A stretch of 64,000 nucleotides of DNA from Octopus bimaculoides (Eukaryota): the NCBI RefSeq assembly GCF_001194135.2, contig NC_068984.1, positions 23,174,822-23,238,821 of the forward strand, read 5' to 3'. Below, piece after piece: positions 12,048 through 25,241 of the stretch (position 1 is the first letter of the stretch; each line of letters starts with the position of its first letter). Position numbers and translations under genes: made by a program. Below the pieces are notes generated by a model that was given only the letters and a program-made list of their open reading frames with translations, was not told the origin of the DNA and made no database searches.

Positions 12048-13342
12048 ATTTCAATTTACTGTTCTCAAACAAGATATTCCTTCTGATAGAGATTTCTTCA
12101 CAACAATCATTAAGATTGTATAACTTATGAACAATCTCATGTTTTATTTCTCTCTCTCTCTCTCTCTTTCTCCACTCACACACACACACATTACATATAC
12201 ACACAACAGTAGGGTATGCTTTGAAATTTAACCAATATGTAGAAGAGTCTGACCTTGGCTCATGCACATCATATAAGCCAATTTGAGCAATTGATTTGAA
12301 GGTTGATGTATTCACTATCTCTGCAAGGCAAGCAAACACATTGACGATCTCTCGCAAAACAATTACATAAATAATAGCTCTAACAATGCTACAAAAATTG
12401 TTAAATCTTGGTAATGAAAGGTGCACTTGTTGTGACAATCTCATTGCTTTATATTTCAGGAAATATATTATTCAATGTAGTCTACATTTATGATTTCAGT
12501 TTGATTTATTAGTAATCTGTTAGCTATTTCCAGTAGGTCAAAACAGGCAAATTTTTGCAGTCTTTTGAACAAAGTTGCTTAACACACACTCTCTCTCTCT
12601 TTCTTTTCCTCTTACTGTCTGTCCTGGATGTATTTATATGTATGTGTGTATGTATAAAAACAAGCATCTACATATGCTTGTGTGTATAACATCCATTACT
12701 GGAAAGCCAAGTGATAATTATAACAATAATGAGAGAAACAGAATGAAAGAAGGAATTAATGGAGGTTTGATAGTGAGAATTGTCTGTTGCCAGAATATGT
12801 AAAAAAATGTACAAAGAAAAGTCAGCTGAGGCTTTTGATATTGTTTACGTACATAATGAATAATTATTATTAAGAATAATGAGAGAAACAACGTAATGAA
12901 TTTTGCAGAAAGATAGCTATATTCATTACATGAGTTTTCAAGCAAAAATTATATATTTTTCCTTGTGCATATGACCAGTTTCAATCTGCATGTGTTACAC
13001 AACAGGAACAAACGGGTACAGTAGAAACAGTAAGCACTAAGAACTCATAGGAAATACATTCTCTCAAATGCTCCCTAAGATAGCTTTTGTTATCTAGGTA
13101 ACTTAATTAGAAGTAGGGGTGAGTGTTTTCACAGCTGTAAGGGATAATGATTGATTTGTTGCTGATAATAAATTCTTATTAACTTTAAAATCTCCATTTT
13201 CTTCTTTTTCCTTTGCATGAATATAAACTACAAACCTATTATTTTAAGGAAATCAACCCCCCCCCTCCAATATTAGATATTGAACCAGTATTTCCTTGGA
13301 TGACACTATTCCTTTAGGAAGCTAACATAATTTCATATATTG

Positions 13343-13553
13343 CCAGTACCGCCTGACTGGCCTTTGTGCGGGTGACACGTAAAAGCACCCACTACACTCT
13401 TTGAGTGGTTGGCATTATGAAGGGCATCCAACTGTAGAAACTCTGCCAAATCAGATTGGAGCCTGGTGTAGCCATCTGGTTTCACCAGTCCTCAGTCAAA
13501 TCGTCCAACCCATGCTAGCATGGAAAGCGGACGTTAAACGATGATGATGATGA
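13343..13553 (+). mobile_element. Family C copy (5'-truncated)
   Basis: Matches 11842-12047; ends cggacgttaaacgatgatgatgatg. Confidence 0.8.
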
Positions 13554-14299
13554 TACACACACACACACATATACATATCCCCCTCCTCCTCATCATCATC
13601 ATACTCCAGCTCAATTATTATTCAGACGAACTGCTCTACTAGTCAGGTCAGAAGACCACATTTCACTTACAAATTTTACTTTTGGTTGGTTTTTATGGCT
13701 GGATGCCCTCTCAACATCAACCACTTTACAGGTATATATTAATTTCAAATGTTAGCAGAAGGCCAGCAATTTGGGGGTAGGGCTAAGTCAATTATATTTG
13801 ACCCCTGTATTCAACTGGTACTTATTCTATTGACCCCAGCATATATTGAGTAGTATTTTACTGTGTCATCAGCACTAGTGAGGTTGTCTTGTCTTTGAAA
13901 AGTCCAAAGGGCCCTCAAGATTTTATGTTGTCCATTTGTATGTCACACTTTAAGGAATGTATATTATACTTCCCGATCTCCATCACCGTTGCCAATTTTA
14001 GCATTTGTATCACAATGTTTTCATGAGTTGGTGGGGTTTGAAAGCTGTTGAGCAGGAGATCAGACCCAGACCTTTTCATGTGCTTCATAAAATTTTTAGT
14101 AAATGCATAGAAACATAAATAGATGTTTAACTAATTCTGATTATCTTTAGTAGTTATCCTCCATCAAGTAGTGCTTTACCTGAAATAAGGAACTAATAAA
14201 TATTTCCAAGGCAACAACATTTTGGTGCCCTACTTGCTGTTAGTGTTGCTTTGATATTTATAAATTCATTTTGCTGCAGCTTGTTAAAACAAACTCATT

Positions 14300-14362
<63 letters not shown>

Positions 14363-15831
14363 ATGCATATTTTCAACAGAGTATTTTAGATCTACATGTA
14401 CCTGCCCACCACCATTTACCACAACTCTTTCTACATTTTTAGTCATCATCCTTTCGTTCTCAGCCACTTGCTACTGACAACCATCATTCACTCTTACCAT
14501 TTACTCATCTCTATCATTATGCATCTCTCGCGCACACCTTATCCCAATCTGTTTCTATTATCTTACTCTTGCTTCCTTCATCCACCCACTCACATTCTTC
14601 TATTATCACCCTCTCCTTTATTTATCTGTTAAGCCCCATGAGAAAAATATAACAGTCTGATGTAGAAAGCAACTTCACTACTATTGTTGTTCGCTACAAA
14701 ATTTACCCAAAATATTCAATGATGTAGTTGGTGAAAAACAAGGATATAAGTCAAGAGGACACTTTAGTTTTGCCATAAACAGGACCTCTCTAAAGCTTAT
14801 CCAGCTGCAGAAACCAAGCCTCAAAACTAAAACTAACCCATCTAGGAGGACAATAACTCCCAAAAAAGAACTGACTTGGATTATGATGAATGAGTGTTGG
14901 TTTAAGATGATGAATATTCAGTGTAACAAGTCACAAGTAAAAATATCAGAAACTGTATTAAAAAATTGGTAAATTCATCCATGAGAACTGTTGTTCTCTC
15001 TCATGATTAGAATCAATTATGAATCAGCCAGCAGATTCTCACAGAAAACCTGAATATGTACCATGTTCCTACTAAATTTGTTCCCTGCATTCACTTGACA
15101 TACGCATTTGTGTCTTTGCACTATTTCTAAAACTGAAAGTGAAACTGAAGAGGCACTACTTGTAGATAGCAGATGAAATTCAAATGGAAGGTGGATCAAC
15201 TATTTTAAAAAAACTCCTAGCTAGTAAAACAGTCAATTCTGATGTTTTTAAGATAAATATATTATTTTCCACTAAAATATTTCTTGATATGTGACAATTG
15301 TGAATAAAAAAAAAATTAAAAAAAAAGAAAACATTCCTATCATAAACAAAAATAGATAAATAGCTAAGGTATTTCAGTGAAATTTTATGTAAATATGGTA
15401 ACCAAAATTATTATCAAAAAAATCCATCACAAATTTTATCATCATACATGTGTGCTTTTATGAGGTAACTCGACCTGCTAGAAATAGCAGCCAGATCTCC
15501 TTCAAATCAGCAAGAAGGATATATCATAATGATGAAAATAGAACCTTCCCTAGAAATGGTTTATGTAAAAGTCATCTTAGTAAATGTAAATATTGTACAA
15601 TGTATATATCAAGTTTGAAGGATATGAAATGTATGTTCTTAAATAAAATGTCTTCAGTTAAACAATATTGAAAGATTAAGCCTAAGGTACGAGAAAGACA
15701 ACCTCAGTTTCAATAATTTACCTAATTAAAATATCCAATCTATTTTTCTGAAAATGGAAATAGAGGTTAAGTAAATAACATTTTAATTTTACCAAAGTCT
15801 CTTGTTATTTAAACAGAATATATTTTATATA

Positions 15832-15969
15832 TAGCTATCTCTCATTCCCTCTGTGTGTAGGCCCTGTCCTATTTAACATTGTCCCAAAACTGATCAAAGA
15901 GGAAAAGGATTCATTCCATCACCTTTAAACGGAGTCTGGACAGATTTCTTCAAGGAATACCAGACAAGC
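15832..15969 (+). mobile_element. CR1-like LINE 3' fragment
   Basis: Reverse-complement match to 17010-17157. Confidence 0.65.
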
Positions 15970-16328
15970 TAAAATTTAAAATTTTGCCTTCTTGCCGTTA
16001 AAAATGCAATGGGTATTGAGCATGTACACACACACCATATATATATATACATATATATAAAAGGTTGAAGAGGAAATATATATATATAACTGTTCGTTCA
16101 TTAAATGTGTTTTTCTATGCTAACATAGGTTGGACAGAAACACTTGGGACAAGATTTTACAACCGGATGCTTTTCTTGTTTTTTTTATTCCAGAGAGCTT
16201 TACAGCAACAGGTCATGTCATCAAGGAATGTCAACATCACTTCATCCAACACACACACCAGGGATTGGGGAAAAGAATCTTGTGATTAAAAGCTGATTTA
16301 TTAACAAATATGAAATGGAATATATATA

Positions 16329-16829
16329 TTCTTTTACTCTTTTTACTCAGTCATTTGACTGCAGCCATGCTGGAACACCGCCTTTTAGTCGAGCAAATTA
16401 ACCCCAGGACTTACTCTTTGTAAGCCTAGTACTTATTCTATCGGTCTCTTTTGCCGAACCGCTAATTTACGGAGACGCAAACGCACCAGCATCAGTTGGG
16501 TGGAACAAACACACACACACACAAACATATANNNNNNNNNNNNNNNNNNNNNNNNNNNNNNNNNNNNNNNNNNNNNNNNNNNNNNNNNNNNNNNNNNNNN
16601 NNNNNNNNNNNNNNNNNNNNNNNNNNNNNNNNNNNNNNNNNNNNNNNNNNNNNNNNNNNNNNNNNNNNNNNNNNNNNNNNNNNNNNNNNATATATATATA
16701 TATATATACGACGGGCTTCTTTCAGTTTCCGTTTACCAAATCTACTCACAAGGCTTTGGTCGTCCCGAGGCTATAGTAGAACCATGTGGTTGTTAAGCAA
16801 GCTACTTACCACACAGCCACTCCTGCGCC
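16329..16829 (-). mobile_element. SINE family A copy spanning an N-gap
   Basis: Head and tail both match the other family A copies; a small internal deletion removes the CORE-like segment. Confidence 0.8.
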
Positions 16830-16899
16830 TATTATATATAAAAACTTAGATAAAACTTAGATATGTTTCGACCAAAGATTGGTCTAGGCCATGTCTAAC

Positions 16900-17157
16900 T
16901 TAATAGCACCACCTGATAGGATTATCTAAATCCTTTTTAAGTCAAGTTTTGTTTATGGTCCATTCAAGTAGTGAGTTCTTGCTGTGTGAGTTGTATCCAG
17001 GTATGGGTGGCTTGTCTGGTAGTCCTTGAAGAAATCTGTCCAGACTCCGTTTAAAGGTGATGGAATCCTTTTCGTCTTTGATCAGTTTTGGGACAATGTG
17101 AAACAGGGCAGGGCCTACACACACACACACACACATACAGAGAATGAGAGATAGCTA
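16900..17157 (-). mobile_element. CR1-like LINE 3' end
   Basis: GPALFHIVPKLIKDEKDSITFKRSLDRFLQGLPDKPPIPGYNSHSKNSLLEW resembles the C-terminus of CR1-clade ORF2 (GPxLFN.LP...FK..LD.FL...PDxP). Confidence 0.7.
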
Positions 17158-19192
17158 TGTATAATATATTATTTATAAATTAAATGTACAGCTTTATCCA
17201 GCACAGAAGGCGGACTTTAAACGATGATGATGATGACTGTGTATATATGCATATATTTTAAACTTGAAACTATTATGATATATATATACACTCAGATATA
17301 CACACATTCATACATACAGCCAAACAGATATAAGATTTAGCATGAGGAAGAGAGTTGTGCAATATGACTACAAGAGGTACATATAAGTATATGTAGATAA
17401 TTTCACATAATATCTCCATACTTAGGTAGGAAAATATAAATAAAACACTTGAGATTAAATTAAAATTTTGAAATTTTTTTTTAACTAGACAGAGCTGTTA
17501 TTGTTACACACTGAATTACTATCTGGGTTTCCCCAACTTCAGTCTCTTGACTAAAAACGTGGGAAAAGAAAATTAGTAACCGCTAAGAGCTTGATTTCAT
17601 GATTTAGGAAAAGGAAAAAGATATCCTTTCATAAAATTTTTTTCGACCTTAGTAATTAATTACCAGTCTATAACATCAAACTTATAACACACACATGAAA
17701 TAAAAAGAAAAAAAGAAAAGATCTTATGGATTGTTTGAATATCACTATTGACCAAGAATCGAAAAAGATGAATGCCAATCGTTCCAGACATTTCATGCAA
17801 CTCGTTCTACCATCCAAGAAAGCAACATTCCTTTATTTGTAATGCCATTAAGTTTTCTTTTATAGAATTATCAACTTAAAAAAAAAAAAGATTAAGAGAG
17901 TGTAAAAAAAACTACGTGACTGCAAGTTTTCCGGGAAGACTTTTATTTCTTTTTAAATTTGAGAAGTTGTAATTCGTTCATTAAGGTAGACGTGGCGAAA
18001 TTTGGGTGAGTGCGGTCAGTAATGAGTGAAACCAGTTGAATTAGGCGCGAACTTTAAAAAGTATTAGTCTCACGTGTTGAACAGCTAACAATGACGCGAA
18101 TAAGTAACTTCCTTGTTAGGGAAGTCATTACTTTGCATTTATTCTATTTTAAAGAATTCGTTTAACTTAATACAAGGACATCCTTTAAAAGACGAAGTTA
18201 GCTTTGAGTTAAGAGTGAAGTTTGAAATGGAAAAGCTAATAAAAGTGACAAGTGGAGTGGTTAGTTGCGAATGATTAGACTCGGTACTAGCAGGCTGAAG
18301 TAAAAAATGGATTTTAATAGCGATCAAACGAAACCACTTGACATTAGATTTTTCCGTCAACTACACAAAGTTAAGAACAGAAATTCTGAGCTGTGTCTTG
18401 GTGAAGAGTCAGTGTTTGAGTGATGGATTGGTAGAATTGTTAGAGCTTTGGGGAAAAAAAAATGTTCAGCAATATTTTTTTTCCCGACGTTTTACACCAA
18501 ATCCAAATTCCCGCCGGAGCCAACTTTGCCTTTTGTCCTTCTGGAATCGATAATAACGTCTCAGTCAAATACTGAGGTCGATGAACTTAAATCAGAAACT
18601 TATATTTTCTAGTCAAATACTGATCTATTATAATTTTAGCCCACACCATCCTAATTTTTCCACATGAACATTATAACAAGGTTTAATGGGTTTGAAGGCA
18701 AAGTCGAAGTTCGCGAGATTTTCCACATCGGAATTGAAACCGCGAGCTAAATAAAATGTACTCTTAAAGCATTTTTCAGACGCAGTTGTCTCAAACATTG
18801 CCAATGCTTAATTTTTGATTCAATGTCTGGAGCATTCATATTGATTTTAGATATTTGAGATAATATTTAATAATGTTGTGTCTCTCCATGCCAGAAAAAA
18901 AAAAAGAAATTTTAAAAAATAGATTCATAGTCAAATATTAGTTTCAAACATATGATTAGAAGTAATTAGCAATGTTCCAAAGCTTGACACTGCACTGAAA
19001 TAAATTCTACAAGTATTCTCTAAAAGTATCTTTGAACTGCGTATAAACAATAAATGGATCCAAGCACTCGTTAATCTGGCTTTGTAATCGATTTATTTTT
19101 TCAATGATTAATAGCTATTTATTGATTTCTTTTTTAGCTATCGAAGTCAATAGACATTATGAAGAATGTATGTATATAGTCATCCCCCTATC

Positions 19193-19245
<53 letters not shown>

Positions 19246-19293
19246 TATATAAGGGCATTACTATACAAGAATGCCTCACGCTANNNNNNNNNN

Positions 19294-19342
<49 letters not shown>

Positions 19343-20104
19343 TAAGTCAGGGAAAAGATGCACTCGTATGTCTGAATCAAACCACCTCAGGGAAACTCTA
19401 ATTTGAGTGCTGTTCTACACTAGATGCTCGTTAGCGTTAAGTACCAATTAAGTAATCTAACAAGTATTGCTAATATGTGGCAAAAAATAAAAATCTATTT
19501 ACACGATTTATTCGCACGAACAATTTGAAATACGCAGTTGAACGTTTATCTTGGATAGAAAAATGCGAGGGAAAATAGTAAAATCCATATATGGCAAGTT
19601 TATACGTTGTTTATTTAACAAGGAAACAAAAGCAACATGAAGGGAAATCAAGAAATAGGGCGGGAAAAGGGTTGAGGTAAAAATAGATATTACATTTGTT
19701 ATACAACGTACTAGAAAGTATTTATACATATATAAGGAAGAAAATATCTAACCTCCTTCTCTCTAAACACACACACATACACACACANNNNNNNNNNNNN
19801 NNNNNNNNNNNNNNNNNNNNNNNNNNNNNNNNNNNNNNNNNNNTATATATGTATATATATATATACACTTTCATTCTTTGACAGTCGATTAAATAAGTAC
19901 TAGGTAAGCATTGGAGGCAATGCAATCGACTTAGCCCGTCTAAAATTGCTGGCTTTGTGCCAAAATTTAAGGACGTAATCTTTCATCATCTACACACAGT
20001 CTCTCTCACACACACACACATACCAATTCTATCTATCTGCCTTTCTATCTATCTACCTATCTGTCTATCTATCTATATATCTATCTATCTATCTATCTAT
20101 CTAC

Positions 20105-20166
<62 letters not shown>

Positions 20167-21254
20167 GTCTATCTATCTATCTATCTAATTAGACAGATGG
20201 AGAGAAAGAAAAGGAATATTTACATAACGAGGTAGTGGATACAGAGGAGTGAGTTATGAGAAAAAACTCCACGTATAAATAAAATGTACATTATTACATG
20301 ATCACTCAACACAATGTATCTACCATGTGATTCTGAACGGTGAACACTAGGAAAAAAGGAGAAAAAAATCAATAGATCCCTAAAACACATTTCTACTAGA
20401 CAGCCGTCAGACGAATATATTGATTTCTCTCGTAAATGCAAGGTCTCACATTAATAGAAATAGGGGAATGAGATCGTGACTTTCTCAAGGGCATTAGCCA
20501 GTATGTAATGATACAGCTGTGATCGAAAATCGAAACCCTCATTACACAACCTATTACCGCGGTATATCGCCACAATGTTTTCTGTTTATCAGACCAATAT
20601 ATTTTCTTTCGACTAATGTACACAGATTAAATTAGAGAAATATTTTAATTTCAAATTGCGAAAGCCATGTCTTTCTGAGGAAAAACTCATTAATGAGATG
20701 AAATGGTCTCTTCACTAGAAAAAATTCGAGACCGGTTTGCGCCATTTTTTGGTGTGAGAAGACGTAATTCACCGAACAGACGAATCATTTGCCTTTTATT
20801 TCATTAACCACGAATCTAAAACAGCAAAACTAAATACTGTAATGTATTTAGAGTTTCACGATCTTTCATAGTTATGATACACCAGCATTTATTAAGTTAA
20901 GTGAGATCCTTTCTATGAACAGTATTCTAAAAATGAACATGTTCATTCATTTGTAAGATCCAACATTACTCCAACCGATATATTACACGTATACGTATGT
21001 AAGCATGTATGAGCGCCAAACGTTACACATGTCAAACTCAAACATTGGGATTGTACCGATGTTGAGACATCATTGATGTATAATATTATATATTTAGATC
21101 ACCTGTGAACTAAAATCCCATACTTTGTGTGTATATATATATACTCCAGCAGGGCCGCAGTCAAATGACTGAAACAAGTAAAAGTATATATATATATATA
21201 TATACTTTTACTTGTTTCATTCATTTGACTGCGGGCTTGCTGGAGTGTGTGTGT

Positions 21255-21294
<40 letters not shown>

Positions 21295-23575
21295 CGAGAG
21301 ACAGATAAATATACATGTATACACTATATATATATATATACATCACAATGCGGAACATGAATAATACTATGAAAGAATCTAATGTCCTCTCAACATGATT
21401 TTTTATGATTTTTACCGTTACAATGAAACCGGTAAATGGAGGGAAAGTAGCGATAGAAGAAAGTAGAAANNNNNNNNNNNNNNNNNNNNNNNNNNNNNNN
21501 NNNNNNNNNNNNNNNNNNNNNNNNNNNNNNNNNNNNNNNNNNNNNNNNNNNNNNNNNNNNNNNNNNNNNNNNNNNNNNNNNNNNNNNNNNNNNNNNNNNN
21601 NNNNNNNNNNNNNNNNNNNNNNNNNNNNNNNNNNNNNNNNNNNNNNNNNNNNNNNNNNNNNNNNNNNNNNNNNNNNNNNNNNNNNNNNNNNNNNNNNNNN
21701 NNNNNNNNNNNNNNNNNNNNNNNNNNNNNNNNNNNNNNNNNNNNNNNNNNNNNNNNNNNNNNNNNNNNNNNNNNNNNNNNNNNNNNNNNNNNNNNNNNNN
21801 NNNNNNNNNNNNNNNNNNNNNNNNNNNNNNNNNNNNNNNNNNNNNNNNNNNNNNNNNNNNNNNNNNNNNNNNNNNNNNNNNNNNNNNNNNNNNNNNNNNN
21901 NNNNNNNNNNNNNNNNNNNNNNNNNNNNNNNNNNNNNNNNNNNNNNNNNNNNNNNNNNNNNNNNNNNNNNNNNNNNNNNNNNNNNNNNNNNNNNNNNNNN
22001 NNNNNNNNNNNNNNNNNNNNNNNNNNNNNNNNNNNNNNNNNNNNNNNNNNNNNNNNNNNNNNNNNNNNNNNNNNNNNNNNNNNNNNNNNNNNNNNNNNNN
22101 NNNNNNNNNNNNNNNNNNNNNNNNNNNNNNNNNNNNNNNNNNNNNNNNNNNNNNNNNNNNNNNNNNNNNNNNNNNNNNNNNNNNNNNNNNNNNNNNNNNN
22201 NNNNNNNNNNNNNNNNNNNNNNNNNNNNNNNNNNNNNNNNNNNNNNNNNNNNNNNNNNNNNNNNNNNNNNNNNNNNNNNNNNNNNNNNNNNNNNNNNNNN
22301 NNNNNNNNNNNNNNNNNNNNNNNNNNNNNNNNNNNNNNNNNNNNNNNNNNNNNNNNNNNNNNNNNNNNNNNNNNNNNNNNNNNNNNNNNNNNNNNNATAT
22401 ATATATATATATATATATATAATATGTATGTATGTATGTATATTTATATATAAACGTATGTATGTGTATAACTCGCATTTTCAGAGAATATATTTAAAGG
22501 ACATCTGCATTATGTATGTAGACAATAAGACAAATTATTCCGATGGCCATTTATATTGCGTTGAACCACGAAACACCCACACATCCAAACACAAAGAGAA
22601 TAGCATTTAATATCACGAAATCATACATATACAGACGTAGATATATAAATATACCTACAAATACATACAGATATATGGAATCGTGTCTGATTAGCTTTAA
22701 TTGATTACACAAAGACACATAAATGTACATGCACACAGACAAGCACGTTTTATTTTTCTGTGCAATACACCCGAGCAGTTAATGCAACGTGAGTGCACTG
22801 ATGCTGCGGGTACATCAGCACATAATTGCAGTAGAAACCAAGGTTTATATTCATCTTTTTTTCTTTCTTTTTCTTTTTTTGTCTTTCTTGTGTATATATG
22901 TGTGTATGTATTTCAGAGATAGATAGCTGCCCTGATATAAGTTGCTGCAGGTGATGAAAACTGAAGAGAAATGAGGGAAAAGGAAGATGTAATCGGGTCT
23001 TTCAGTTCATTTTGCCGGCTTCGCCTAAAGAGACTGAACACTAAAACCTAATTAACGCGTGAAGTAAAAGGATTATTTTTTTCTACCATTATTATTATTA
23101 TTATCAATATCATTATTATTATCATTATTATTATTATTATTATTTCTAATGACTATGTTAAAAATCATTATTATTACAACTAAATCTCGCTCTAATATTT
23201 TATATTCCTATGTTCCGTCATGTGGTGCATTGTCAGTAGACTGAATTCTAAAACGCCATGCATTTCGATTCCCTTTTTAAGTAAGGAGTTACTTGTAAAT
23301 GTTATTACAGAAGTAAACCACTAGAACAAATTACATATATATATATATAGCTATAAAAAAAAAAGAAACAAATTAGGAGACAGGTGCTTAACTTGTGTAA
23401 GGATACATTATATTAATCTGTACAGGCTAGAAAATGAAATTGAAAAGAATCAATCAATGAAAAGTGTTAGATCGATCTAATAATATTTTTTTTGGCAGAT
23501 TATATATATAATGTATATATACATATATATGTATATATTGTCAAATGAGCTGGGGGTTTTCTTTGATTTACCCAC

Positions 23576-23795
23576 CATTAAATTTTTTGCCCTCAGGTTG
23601 TTCGTTGTCCCCAGCGTTCCCCCACGCATCGGCTTCCTCTTCGTCTTGATCGGGTTCGAAGGGGCGATTCCGCGCCTGCGGCTGTGCACTTGACAACTCG
23701 TTCTCCGCGTTCAGGGGGTCGTTGACGCTGTACTCGGGGGGGCACTCGTCAACCGGGACAGGAACCCCCGGCGCAGGAACCATTTTGGTGGGTAC
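23576..23795 (-). CDS. SLC34A: N-terminal cytoplasmic exon of the same SLC34 gene: VPTKMVPAPGVPVPVDECPPEYSVNDPLNAENELSSAQPQARNRPFEPDQDEEEADAWGNAGDNEQPEGKKFN(A); ATG at 23783
   Basis: About 60% GC (132/220) open frame in AT-rich DNA. Acceptor atgatgcag|GTA; donor AAT G|gtgggt (phase 1), and G+CC gives Ala into the TM1 exon. The DAW...KKFNALGTSDKVVR junction parallels the DPW...WSELD..K region preceding TM1 in SLC34 proteins. Confidence 0.82.
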
Positions 23796-24270
23796 CTGCA
23801 TCATTTATGATCACAGATTAACAGCTTCTCACCACATCTCACCACATTATTATAAATCATGTAAACAAAACATACACGTTTATTTTTATAAATTAAAAAA
23901 AGAAAAAGAAAAGAAACTAATCTGTAAAAAAAGAATAAAAGAGAAAACATTATAAATACGGGGAAAACGCAATAATATATAATACAAGACAAAAAATATC
24001 TGTTGCGTTTTTTTTAATCTCAAAGAAAAATAGCACATATAATTAAGAGAACATATATTTGTATATATATAGTGGTGACACTATAGGTAGATATGTTTGA
24101 CTAAAGACTAGAAAATATATGCATATATATGTAGCTTTGTTTTTTTTTTAATTTTTTTATTTTTGTCTTTTGTTTTAATAAATTATATATATATATATAT
24201 CTAAATTGTAGCTCAAAGGAAAGAGTGACGGAATAAAATAGTGGAATTAATATAGCAGTTTTATACTTAC

Positions 24271-24441
24271 CTCTACTTCGTATAGAGACTGGTTGTCTTT
24301 GGTCAGTTTATTAATTTTATTTTGCTGACAAGTGTCGCCGGTAGTTGTCAACGAATTTGGACGTAAGTGGAATGGGTCAACTTCAAGTCTGCGGCCTTCG
24401 GCAGCCTTTACAGAACTTGACGACACAAAGAAAGAACCCAT
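24271..24441 (-). CDS. Probable upstream exon (coding or 5'UTR): MGSFFVSSSSVKAAEGRRLEVDPFHLRPNSLTTTGDTCQQNKINKLTKDNQSLYEVE, in frame with the next exon
   Basis: Consensus donor GAG|gtaagt at 24270, phase 0, matching the phase-0 acceptor at 23795 (475-nt intron). The frame is open from ATG 24441 and the segment is CpG-containing. The peptide has no recognisable homology. Confidence 0.5.
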
Positions 24442-24529
24442 GTTAACACGACGGCTGATAGACGAACAACTACATCGATTTACTTTTCTAATGATCCATC
24501 CCACTTCAATAGGCTCCACCCACCATCAT

Positions 24530-24715
24530 GCTACCGAATCGCTAACTCGCCGGGCAAAATGCTAAGCATCCGTCTTTACGTTCTGATAAAGCTGAGGTTG
24601 ACTTTGCCTTTCAGACTCGATAAAATAAGTACTAGTTGAGTACCGAAGCCGATGTAATCGACTTAGCCCTTTTTTCTCCTGAAATTGCTGGCCTTGTGCC
24701 AAAATTTGAAACCAA
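24530..24715 (+). mobile_element. Degenerate SINE family B copy
   Basis: cgccgggcaaaatgctaagc...gttgactttgcctttca...gccttgtgccaaaatttgaaacc. Confidence 0.65.
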
Positions 24716-25143
24716 TTTTAAGAAATACATTATATCAATTAATGAGAATCGAAATTACAAGTTACATAAGATCTAATTCAGCGTTGTAATGTTGATTTAT
24801 TTTATTCACAATTTATTATTAAACGAATTTTTGTAAAACAAAATATTTTTACGACTAGAATAGAGAGACAATTTTTTAGAAGTATAAATAATCGAGAAAA
24901 AAAAAAATCCAGAATTATTTGAACAAAGGGAAAAAGAAAAAACAGGAGGGCGGGAAATTTGAAGATCAGAACAAGAAGTGATGTGTGGGAAAAGCCCGTG
25001 TGTCTGGGTGTGGGTGCGCGCGTATGTTTATATATATACACACACCATTCATATATAGAAAGTATATAAATTCACATACGAATGATGTATATGTATGTAT
25101 ATATATACATACACGCATTTATGTGTGTACACACACACACACA

Positions 25144-25241
<98 letters not shown>

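Noticed and set aside
3435-13118. Plus-strand micro-exon candidates (27 nt at ~3435, 21 nt at ~13098)
   Set aside because: The splice signals are plausible but expected by chance at this length, and there is no supporting gene model.
14660-15010. Open frame of ~115 codons on the plus strand without ATG
   Set aside because: No recognisable homology or convincing splice sites; neighbouring frames look like decayed transposon sequence.
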